Source: Octopus sinensis (taxonomy: Eukaryota). Taken from it: DNA of 22,070 nt. The notes under the pieces were generated by a model. The model saw nothing but the letters and a program-made list of their open reading frames with translations, made no database searches and was not told the DNA's origin. This document shows positions 9,942 through 19,683 of this stretch, one piece after another. The stretch is taken from assembly GCF_006345805.1 (NCBI RefSeq), contig NW_021837000.1, forward strand, positions 1-22,070. Direction: 5' to 3'. A program made the position numbers and the translations under genes. Each line of letters opens with the position of its first letter. Position 1 is the stretch's first letter.

Positions 9942-10039
9942 GTAAAAAATTATTACCTTTGTATGTATTTTTTCCATGCTGGCCACTTGATATATCGATA
10001 TTTAAATATCGATGTTATCCTTCTTTATATAATATATAT

Positions 10040-11572
10040 GATTGATTGATTGATTGATTCCAGTTCCAGCCTATGAGCTGTGGCCATGCTGGGGCACCCG
10101 CCATTTGGTGTTGCTACTTGGTTTTACTTCATGGAGGCTTTCTAGCAACTGCTATTTGGTGCATGAGAAAGTTCGATGCAGCTGCCCTCATCTGCCCCTC
10201 CTGCCGTGAAGTTGGTTCATCTGGACACCTGACAGGAAGAGATCCAGCTTCATTTTAAAGACATCTGTATCCACCCATGCAGGTCTCTCAGGTTCTTCGG
10301 GAGGATATTGAAGAGCTGTGGGCCTCGGAAGCCCAGGCTATCACAGAATCTTGTCCTACATCTTGATGCAGGTTTGGAGTCCTAGGCACCACGCAGTGGC
10401 GCCCAGTTCTGGCATTTGTTAACTCTCGATGCCAAAGTTCAGGACACTTCCCTCAGGATCTTCCAGATGTATATTATGGCATATCTTTCCCGCCTACGCT
10501 CCAGGGAGTATAATTTTATCTCTTGAGTCTTTCCCAGTAGCTTACATTCTGCATAGAGGCTATCTTCTTTGTGTAGCTTCGTGGATCGCCTCAAGTTCTG
10601 TGATCAACTTGACACTGGATGGTGACCATAGCTGAGAGCAATAGTCAAAGTGGCTTAGGACAAGTGTCTTCCAGAGGACCATCATGGTTTCTTGTTCTCT
10701 TGTTCTAAAGGTTCTAAGAATCCAGCCAGCCAGCCGTCTACATTTCACTGTCAGTTTAGCAACATGTACATGAAAGGTCGCGTCATCACTCATGTGAATA
10801 CCCAGGTCACGCACTGATTGTGCCTCTGGGATTGCAATCCCTCCGGGTCCAGTTTTCATTGGGTATTGCATTCAATTTTGCATGCTGATAGTATAAAGCT
10901 TGAAACTTTCCAGCATTGAACTGCATGCTATTCTTTTCAGCCCACTTGTATATTTCGTCCAGCTCACATTGCAGGTTTTTAGTGTCCTCAGGGTTCTGTA
11001 TTCCTGTGAAACTTTTGTATCATCTGCATAACTTGTGATCGTGGATCTCTGCGTGGCTGAGGGCATGTCTGAGAGGGCCATTATGAACAGTAGTGGTCCC
11101 AAAACGTGCCCTGTGGAACACCACTCATTATTTGCGTGTTAATGGAAGTGGCCCCATTGGCTACTACCACCTGACTTCTATTCTTCAGAAAGTCGTGAAG
11201 CCATTCTCCTAGTTTTCCAACTATGCCAAGATCACGCAGCCTGTGACATATCATTCCGTGATCGACTTATCGAAGGCCTTTGCGAAGTCGAGATATATGA
11301 CTTCCACATTTGAGTGGTTGAGCAGTTGTTTCAGCACCCAGACATAGTGCTGCAGGAGCTGAGTTAAGCAGCTTCTTCCTGGTCGGAAACCATGTTGGGT
11401 GTCAGGCAGCAAGTCATTTTCTTCAAGGAAGGTGATTAGTTTCCTTCTGACTATTCGTTCCATGACCTTGCTGATGTGTGAGGTCAGAGAGATAGGTCTG
11501 TAGTTCTTTGCCTCCGCTCTGCTACCTCCTTTATGAATAGGGCATATTTTACCTTCCTTCAGTCCCCTTGGA
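10040..11572 (-). mobile_element. CR1-type LINE, 5'-truncated (~1.5 kb): RT domain, C-terminus, 3' UTR and (ATCA)n tail; frameshifted
   Basis: PIHKGG..NYRPISLTSHISKVMER..QHGFRPGRSCLTQLL..YLDFAKAFDK / GVPQG..LGPLLF..YADDT / VRDLGI..DYCSQLWSP / YSLERRRERY. Confidence 0.95.
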
Positions 11573-11582
11573 CTATATATAT

Positions 11583-11771
11583 AGAACAAGTAGAAAGATA
11601 CATTTTATTCAATGCATAGATACTGAACAGTATATATATAAAGGATAAAATACCTTTTTTTTCTGCTTTAAAAAGAAAAAATAAAGGTTTTATCCTTTAC
11701 GTATATATATATATATTTATGCACTGTTCAGTATCTATGCGTTGAATAAAATTTATCTTTTTACTTGTTCT
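11583..11771. repeat. 189-bp fold-back (near-complete inverted repeat), possible MITE
   Basis: Outer arms 11583-11631 and 11723-11771 (49 bp, 3 mismatches). Inner arms TAAAGGATAAAA / TTTTATCCTTTA and a T-run/A-run close the hairpin. Confidence 0.85.
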
Positions 11772-11824
11772 GTAATACATTTCAACGCTTCGAAAGCAAA
11801 TTTGTTTGTTTACATACAGCGTAA

Positions 11825-12410
11825 TCTATATATATATTATATAAAATCCGTTCTGTTTGTCTATGTGTGTCTTCTAGGATCTCAGGCATCCTCCAACCGA
11901 TTGCACTCAAATTTGATTTGTAGATACCGACAGTATCAGGGTGTGTAAAAGTCTTGAAAAAATTACAAAAATCGATTCCAGGTAAGAATGTGATCAATAA
12001 AGCCATGGGAATGTGCATTTGTATGCACAAGTACATCAGCTGTTGTGATCAATACTATGCAAACGCGAGAAAAATGCATGTGCAGTTTGTGCAGACATTC
12101 TCGATGCAAAAGTTATCACAGGTCAAGGAGCAGGGGATGTTATTTTTATTTCCCACATGCCATTGATTCTGTTGGACCGTGTTTACCCGATGAAGCACGT
12201 TCAATTCCTTATTCACCTGAGCTTTGTGATGACCATCAACAAAGCACAGGGCAGTCATTGAAAGTCATGGGGTTGGACCTCAGCACTCCCTGCTTCTCGC
12301 ATGGACAACTGTATGTGGGCTGTTCGAGGGTTGGCTGTTTGACAAACTTTTCCTACTACGCTCCAGATGGAGTAACAAGGAATGTGGTTTACAAGCCTGT
12401 GCTCCACTAG
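11825..12410 (+). mobile_element. Internally deleted Helitron: 5' terminus plus C-terminal PIF1-like helicase remnant (~12091-12410)
   Basis: The 5' end A|TCTATATATAT..AAAAT..CTGTTTGTCT is typical of Helitrons. Translation: ADILDAKVITGQGAGDVIFI..VQFLIHLSFVMTINKAQG / QSLKVMGLDLSTPCFSHGQLYVGCSRV..TRNVVYKPVL*. No hairpin-CTRR|T 3' end was found. Confidence 0.8.
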
Positions 12411-12904
12411 CTTTTCCATGCCCTTGAACATCTTGTAAAGTAAGTTTGCTTAAAATTAGTTACTTAGTTCCCTAGGTTGTCCCTTTTCATCAAAAATCGC
12501 TCCAAGTTGATTTCCTACATGTTTTATCGGATAAACTTATTATTGTTCCAGATACCTTCTCATAAACTCATCATGTTTTTCCATCTAGATTTACTTCCAG
12601 CTAACCCATTTGCATGCATTGTTTTTGTCCTGCTTTTCTTCTGTCAACCTGTACATAACTGCACCTTCCATTTTTTGTTGTTTTTGTACTGCTTAAAGGC
12701 ACATTACTTTCCTGCCAAGTTTACTATTTAAACTATGTTTGTGTTCTCCCAGTCAACGGCCTTATCATTATTGGTACTTTAAACTCTTCAGTTGCATATT
12801 TGTGTGAATAAAGTTGTTTTTCTTTGGAATAGAAAAAAAGTCTATCTTTATTTCTTCTTTTGCTGGTGTCTGTAAATTTCTGTAAATTTGAACTATATAT
12901 ATGT

Positions 12905-12936
12905 TGTCTGTATACACACACACACACACACACACA

Positions 12937-12985
<49 letters not shown>
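12905..12985. repeat. (CA)n-(AT)n microsatellite
   Basis: Direct reading. Confidence 0.95.
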
Positions 12986-12990
<5 letters not shown>

Positions 12991-13159
12991 GACAATAAGT
13001 ATGCTCAGTATAGAAAACACATTGTAGTGCCCAAATGGTGAACTTAAGCTCCAAATATTTTATCCAGGACTAGGTCCAAGGCATCAACAGTGGCTATAAG
13101 AGAAATCCAGGCAAGCTGATATGGAGATAGTGATGCAAGTAAAAGTGCTTTTGCCAATG

Positions 13160-13313
13160 TTTCTCCTGATGAAGGAACCAGACTTATAGTAATATCTCCA
13201 TGTTAACTATTTACTGGTTGCACACCCAAGACTTTTTGCACATTCTATCAACTAATTATGAACTTTACGATTCTTGAATAATACTGAGCTTCCTGAAACA
13301 GCTGTCAGGTAAA
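13160..13313 (+). ncRNA. Candidate (possibly decayed) type I hammerhead ribozyme
   Basis: TTTCTC-CTGATGA(13166-13172)-AGGAA-[112 nt]-TTCCT-GAAA(13295-13298)-CAGCTG-TC-AGGTAAA. The core is complete, stem II has 5 perfect bp, stem III is palindromic and the triplet is GUC. Stem I is weak. Confidence 0.5.
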
Positions 13314-13374
13314 GGAACTGTATATTTTCTTCTTAATATCTTGTATTTTGTATGGTCTATGAAAATAGATTTGT

Positions 13375-13375
13375 G

Positions 13376-13438
<63 letters not shown>

Positions 13439-13553
13439 AATATTATATATATATATATAATATACATATATATATATACATACATCCACATATATACAAA
13501 TAGATACACACACACACACATATATATATATATATGTATATATATATATGCAC

Positions 13554-13584
<31 letters not shown>

Positions 13585-13661
13585 ATATATATATATATGT
13601 ATGTATGTATATATATATATGCACATATATATACATATATATATATATGTATGTATATATG

Positions 13662-13692
<31 letters not shown>

Positions 13693-13750
13693 GATTATCT
13701 TTATGAATATAGTAGTTATATGTATTTATACATGTATGTATATATATGTC
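13375..13750. repeat. (AT)n-rich tract
   Basis: Direct reading. Confidence 0.9.
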
Positions 13751-13794
13751 AAAGGTCTAATTGTGTTTATCAGCATCTGTATCTCTCTCTCCCT

Positions 13795-14007
13795 AGGTGT
13801 GACTGTGGTAAGACACTTGCTTCCCAACCATGGTTCCGGGTTCAATCTTACTGTGTGGCACCTTGGGCCAGTGTCTTCTACTATAGCCTCAAGCTGACCA
13901 AAGCCTTGTGAATGGATTTGGTAGAGAGAAACTGAAAGAAGCCTATTAAAAATCTCCATGAAAGAAGCCTTGTTGTATATGTGTGTGTCTGCATGTGTGT
14001 GTGTGTC

Positions 14008-14043
<36 letters not shown>

Positions 14044-14195
14044 TGTCCCTACTTCTCCATCACTGTGGTTCAGCAACAGCGACCAATAGAATAAGTACTA
14101 GGCTTTAAAAAGATAATAAGCCCTGGGGTCAATTTGGGCAACAACAAAAATTTCAAGGCCATGCTCCAGCATGGTCACAGTCAAATGACTGAAAC
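13795..14195 (+). mobile_element. tRNA-derived SINE family A, diverged full-length variant
   Basis: Head GACTGTGGTAAG..GGTTCCGGGTTCAATC, central (GT)n, and tail GCTCCAGCATGGTCACAGTCAAATGACTGAAAC. Confidence 0.8.
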
Positions 14196-14599
14196 AAAAA
14201 AAAATATATATATATATACATATGTATATATTGCATATACCATTAGCTAAATGCATGCACACATGCACGCAGGCACACACACACACAACCACAAGTATGA
14301 GATCCCAATTTTTGCGTCACCAACTCACTACACCAGTCTTCTAATCACCAGGTATCTGTTTAGTATTTCATATATTAGGAAACAGCCTCAGTAATGCTCT
14401 TGCTGTTATTTGCTTCCATCTAATCCAGGAACATCTTCCTTTTTTTTTTTACCTTTTTTTTTTTCTGATTTTTAATTTTTCAATTTTTTTTTTCCTTCTG
14501 CTACTTTTTCAATGGTTATTTTATGTACAACCACTTCCAGCTCCTCTTGTTATTCTTGAATTATCAAAGCATTTCTCCAATTAAGCACCTTCTTCATGC

Positions 14600-15170
14600 C
14601 ATGCCAATATTAAAATATTCTTTCCATCTTTCTTGGATGTTTATATCAGATGTTATTAGTTTTTTATCAATACTAAACACACACAGTCCTTTTGATCTTT
14701 TTACCTGTAATCTCATTTATTATTTCATAAGCTTTTCTTATTCCTCTACTGTCTCCTTCATTGTGTAATTTATCTGCTTCCTCAGCTTTTGCTTCCAAGT
14801 AACTTCTTTTATCTCTTCTTGAATAACTTTACCCCCTCTCAGTTAAAACACCAATATTTAGTTACCACCCCTTTAAAATTCCACATCTTTCCTCTCCAGC
14901 TTTTGACAATTTCTTTGTATTTCTTTCAAAACTTGGTAATTTCCCCTGTTTCATCTGAAATCCATTCTATTTCCAACTTTTTATCTTCCTTCTACTCGGA
15001 ATAACTCTGAGAACATTCTGGTATACTTCCTTTACATTTTTCAATGCACCACTGGTGTATACATCTTCATTTATATTGGCAAGCCTCCAAATCAATTTAG
15101 AGATTTAATTTGAAATGCATGTTTAAGTCTCTCTGTCTCCATCTTTTCTGAATCAAACCTGACAATCCTT
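14600..15170 (-). mobile_element. Old RTE-clade LINE, endonuclease-to-RT linker region
   Basis: RFDSEKM / EWISDET / RRDKRSYLEAKAEEADKLHNEGDSRGIRKAYEIINEITGK / ITSDINIQERWKEYFN. Confidence 0.75.
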
Positions 15171-15329
15171 TCTTTTTTTTAACCTCCTGTTTTAACTGAC
15201 ATGTCTTAATTGCTAACTAGTGGTCACTTCCAAAATCTGCACTTTGATATGTTCTCACATGCAGCCGCTATTTTTTCTTTTTTTTTTTTACATTGATAGA
15301 GTTAAGAAAATTGACCAGTTTGATTAAGA

Positions 15330-16140
15330 CATTTTTGTACCACATTATCCTGAATTGGCAACAAATTACACAGAAAAGTTTAAGGGATATGATACAGAAT
15401 GAACAAGAAAGGCTTTCAGTATCATGAGGTTGTAGTGATCTGATATTTTGTTCACATATATTTTACAGGGGAATGGCGAATTCAAAGAGCCTTTGAAACT
15501 AACTTTAGTAGACTTCAAAGAGGCCTTTGATAGTAAACATAGGGTTGTTTGTCAGAAAAGTAAGTCGACCTATTTCACGTAATATCTTGAGGAGGTGACC
15601 ATCAAGAAAACATAGATGATCAGCTCTCAAATGAATTAAGATGGAAGTAGAGTGCTGCAGGAAAGTGTTCGATTACCTCTTTTGTTTGTTGCTTACTTAC
15701 ATATTGAAGCAGGGAAAATCAAAGATGGAAGAGGAAAAACTTTGAATGGATTTATGGAAATTACTTGTCAAATTTGGAGTATGATGCTGACACCTGAACC
15801 TAACAGAAAACGGGTTAAAAGTTTCAGCTAAATGTGATGAGTACATCTTTATTAAGAGAAAAATAATTGTGGCTCTAATCTCCAATGCAGGTTAATTAAC
15901 CTAACTTAATAACAGACTGGATTAATTAGAAAAACTTTTAATGTACTTTAATAACATTAGTTGGGTGACTAGCTTCCAAGAATGGAACAACAGTAGCAGT
16001 CATTAGTTCATAAAAAATATAGCTAACAAACCTCTAGATGTACCAATTCAATATTGTTGAATTTTAACTTTCGATGATTAAATCTTGCTTTGTAACACCC
16101 TACAATACATAGCGTATTTTATGGCATATAAAATGTGCTT
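15330..16140 (+). mobile_element. Old RTE-clade LINE, RT domain and downstream region (heavily decayed)
   Basis: IILN..NEQ / GCSDLIF / EFKEPLKLTLVDFKEAFDSKHR (15508-15534 = VDFKEAFDS) / VLQES..PLLF / YLSNLEYDADT / GLKVS. Similarity beyond ~15850 is weak. Confidence 0.7.
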
Positions 16141-17016
16141 TTTTCTCAAAATTTGATCCTCAAAATCACTGTGCATCCTGCATGTTGACGGTCAGGTTTG
16201 GACCTTGGTATCCTCCTTGTTTAACAATACAAACAATTCCAACAACTTCCAAATGAATTTAATGGTATATTACACTGTACACGATGTGTAAGATCTTGTA
16301 CATGCTACATGTACTCATTCCATATTCTTACACCAAGTAATTACCAGTACTGGTGTTCATGGTTCTCCATGGTGCTTTGTTGATTATGTCTGGAGAGACA
16401 CTGCTCAACACACTTACCAATAATTATTTTTATTTCCTGCTTAATCTCAGCACTACACATTTTAGCTTTTCTACTTCCCTAAACACTGTGGTGTTATTCA
16501 CAATTAACACTGAGGGCAATACTTATGAGCGAAATGGGTTCATAATACTGTAATCAAAGTTTTCCTACTATAACATGCACTTACCTTCTTTACTTACCAA
16601 ACCAAAACAATAGAAGTGGTACTACCACTCAAGCAGCTTGGAAACTAACACAAGGATTTTAAACTTGCCTTCAGTTGCTCATGACTGTACTGGATACCAG
16701 ACATTTTTCCGTATGATAATTTTTGAAAATACCAGAATGCCATAATAGGTTAAACATGGAATGTTCCATAAATGACAGTGGTAATTCAATTCTTCAATTC
16801 TATCTAACAGTTAAACAAACAATGGAACAATTGTTTCTCCGTTATAACTATCTCACAGACATTCGTTATTTTGTTTTAGTAGTACCAACCAAGTCTGACA
16901 CCAACAAAGCATTTGTGCATTTGCAGTGAGCAGTGAACCAAAACCAGTCCAATCAGAATTACAGTAAATATTGGTAACATATAGTGGGGCAAATATTATC
17001 ATTCAGTGAAGTGAAC

Positions 17017-17067
17017 AAATATATTTATAGATTAAATATATTTATAGATTAAATATATTTATAGATT
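17017..17067. repeat. Three perfect tandem copies of a 17-mer (AAATATATTTATAGATT)
   Basis: 17017-17033, 17034-17050, 17051-17067. Confidence 0.9.
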
Positions 17068-17379
17068 AAAAAGCACCATCCATACATGGTCGATGCCAGT
17101 ACCACCTTGACTGGCTTCCGTACCAGTGGCACGTAAAAAGCACCAACAGATCGTGGCCGTCGCCAGCCTCCCCTGGCCCCTGTGCTGGTGGCACGTAAAA
17201 AGCACCCACTACACTCACGGAGTGGTTGGCGTTAGGAAGGGCATCCAGCTGTAGAAACACTGCCACATCAGACTGGAGCCTGGTGCAGCCTCCTGGCTTC
17301 CCAGACCCAGGTCGAACTGTCCAACCCATGCTATCATGGAAAACAGACGTTAAACAATAATGATGATGATGATGATGAT
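17068..17379 (+). mobile_element. RTE 3'-UTR-only insertion with (GAT)n tail
   Basis: Collinear with ~7650-7950 (AAAAGCACC units, GTTAGGAAGGGCATCCAGCTGTAGAAACACTGCC, CCAACCCATGCT..GACGTTAAAC-(GAT)n). Confidence 0.9.
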
Positions 17380-17432
17380 TACTATAAAGTAATAGTGTAT
17401 AACGGTGCTTTTTGTCCCACTTTATGTTATTT

Positions 17433-17516
17433 ATATTCACTTTTTAAAATTTTCTGAATATCAATACCCTAATAATATTCACTTTTTAAAATTTTCCGAA
17501 TATCAATACCCTAATA
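17433..17516. repeat. 42-bp tandem duplication just upstream of the transposase ATG
   Basis: 17433-17474 and 17475-17516, one mismatch. Confidence 0.9.
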
Positions 17517-18260
17517 GAATGGAGTCGCAGAAAAGGCATAGTTACGCTATCAGCTACAAATTGTAAGTGATAGCATATGCCAAGGAACACAGTAACAGAA
17601 TGGCTACTAGAAATTTTGGACCACCTCCAATGGAGAAAATTGTATGGATGTGCAGAAAACAAGAGGATGAACTACAACAGACTGAAAAATGGAAGTATAA
17701 CCTGAAGAAACCAAATGCAAAACAACCTGAACTTGAAAATGAGTTGAAAACCTGGGTTGCAGATAACCAGAACAAAGGTTTAGTTGTGTCAACTAAAGCC
17801 ATAATTTTTCACGCTAAAGTTACAGCAGCAGCAAGAGATCATTATGATTTCAGTGACTGTGGAAGCTGGTGTTATCATTTCATGAAAAAAAAAATGGATT
17901 GACTATCCATACAAAAACAAGGATAGCACAGAAAATTCTAGAAGAATATGAAAACAAGATACTGGAATTTCACCATTTTGTAATACATACAAGACAATGC
18001 AGCAACTATGAACTCTGTCATATTGCAAATATGGACAAGGTGTCACTGATATTTGATGTTCCCTTGAACAGAACTGTAGATGCTAAAGGTAGCAAAAAAG
18101 TTACTATTAAAACAATAGGACATGAAAAAAAAAACACACGACACCGTAGTATTGGTTTGTTGCGCAGATGGCATGAAACTCCCACCACTTTTGATATTTA
18201 AAAGAAAACCATTACCAAAGGACTGTTTTCCATCAGGAGTTGTTATTCACATCCATCCTA

Positions 18261-18359
18261 GCTTTATGACATTTTCGTCTATTCACCCCTTAGGATCATC
18301 ATCATCATCGTTTAAGCAGACGTTAAACGATGATGATGATGATGATGATGATGATCCTA
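18261..18359. mobile_element. RTE-tail micro-insertion with inverted duplication inside the pogo DDE domain
   Basis: CAGACGTTAAAC(GAT)9 at 18317-18355, an inverted copy of tail plus target at 18263-18315, and ATCCTA direct repeats at 18255-18260 and 18354-18359. Confidence 0.85.
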
Positions 18360-19280
18360 AGGAGTGAATAGACGAATATGTCATAAATTATGGTTAAATA
18401 AGATATGGTCAAGACGTCCTGGTGCCTTATGCAAAACATTATCCCTTCTTGGGACCATTTTCATGCACGCACATCTGAGAGTACAGTAATGAGGGTAAAG
18501 AACTTAAACACTGAAATACCTGGTGGATTGACTTCCCAATTACAACTCCTTGATGTTTCAATAAACAAACCTTTCAAGGGACACATGAGAGAGAAGGGGG
18601 ATAACTGGACACAGACCCCACAACATGAACAGATACCAACAGGCCATATGAAGAGGTCTACATTTTCTCAGGTAGCCCATCGGGTAAAAAATTCGTGGGA
18701 AGCAGTAAAAACCGAAAGTTATAAAAGATTTCTAAAAGTGTGGTATCAGTAACACTCTAGATGGCACTGAAGATGATTATTTTTTTATATGATGATAATG
18801 ATACATCTAATTCTGAAAACAATGACAAACCCAAGGAATGTGAAAAAGCTGATGAATTCGAGGAACTTGAGGAAAATGATAGCCAGGAACTGAATGAGCA
18901 TGACAGCAATCATGACTTTTAAGGATTTTAAAGTGAATAAAGTTTTTAAAGATTATGGGGTCAAAAGTTACTAATGAGGTTATCGTATCTTAATAGTTTG
19001 GTTATGTACTGACAAATTTTGATAAATTTTCTTTTTACAAATAAAGTGACAAGAGTAAAGAATGTTGATATAAAAAATTAAAATATAACAAACATTGATA
19101 AAAGATGTTTGATAAATATCAGTGTAAAAAAAAAATAATGAACTGTATAGATGAGGCTATGATCATAGCATTACCTGGTATTCACTGCAAACACTTGCAG
19201 TAACAATACAACCAAAAAAGCTTTCCTTTTAGTGGCAGTCATGAAGAATGTTAATAATATAAAAAAAAAATAAAGATAAA

Positions 19281-19683
19281 GGCGCAGGCGTGGCTGTGTG
19301 GTAAGTAGCTTGTTTACCAACCACATGGTTCCGGGTTCAGTCCCACTGCGTGGCACCTTGGGCAAGTGTCTTCTGCTATAGCCTCAGGCCGACCAAAGCC
19401 TTGTGAGTGGATTTGGTAGACGGAAACTGAAAGAAGCCCGTCGTATATATGTATATATATGTATGTGTGTTTGTGTGTCTGTGTTTGTCCCCCTAGCATT
19501 GCTTGACAGCCGATGCTGGTGTGTTTATGTCCCCGTTACTTAGCGGTTTGGCAAAAGAGACTGATAGAGTAAGTACTGGGCTTACAAAAGAATAAGTCCC
19601 GGGGTCGAGTTGCTTGATTAAAGGCGATGCTCCAGCATGGCCGCAGTCAAATGACTGAAACAAGTCAAAGAGTAAAAGAGTAT
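19281..19683 (+). mobile_element. tRNA-derived SINE family A, full length
   Basis: A-box TGGCTGTGTGG (19291-19301), B-box GGTTCAGTCCC (19334-19344), central AT/GT repeat, 3' stem-loop CAGTC-AAAT-GACTG and (AAAAGAGT)-type tail. Confidence 0.92.

Larger units (their letters stand above)
17381..18922 (+). mobile_element. pogo-superfamily (POGK/Passer-like) DNA transposon; transposase pseudogene 17519-18922
   Basis: ATG at 17519: KRHSYAISYKL*VIAYAKEHSNRMATRNFG (Brinker-like DNA-binding domain), QPELENELKTWV..SWCYHFMK (CENP-B/Tc5 HTH), IANMD, KLPPLLIFKRK, WDHF, PGGLTSQLQLLDVSINKPFK (DDE_1 triad) and an acidic tail. Multiple stops and frameshifts. Confidence 0.92.

Noticed and set aside
12420-12870. 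Purine-rich minus strand resembling a very old LINE linker region
   Set aside because: No diagnostic motif could be read.
4430-13911. Numerous ORF-track entries rich in Y/I/H/T/C/V repeats
   Set aside because: They are translations of AT, CA, ATAC and ATT microsatellites, not genes.
13933-13970. 12-bp direct repeat TGAAAGAAGCCT around a 14-bp filler inside a SINE, with a similar AAAGTAGTGCAA pair near 3283-3318
   Set aside because: Real, but most simply ordinary repair-associated micro-duplications.
16879-16980. Short minus ORF starting MLPIFTVILIGLVLVHCS, signal-peptide-like
   Set aside because: Only ~34 codons with no good donor. Hydrophobic runs are common in T-rich DNA.
17017-17516. 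Short direct repeats as a possible CRISPR-like array
   Set aside because: The units are adjacent with no unique spacers, the context is eukaryotic and there are no cas genes.
19281-19350. tRNA gene
   Set aside because: A and B boxes are present, but there is no complete cloverleaf and it continues into the SINE body found in several copies.
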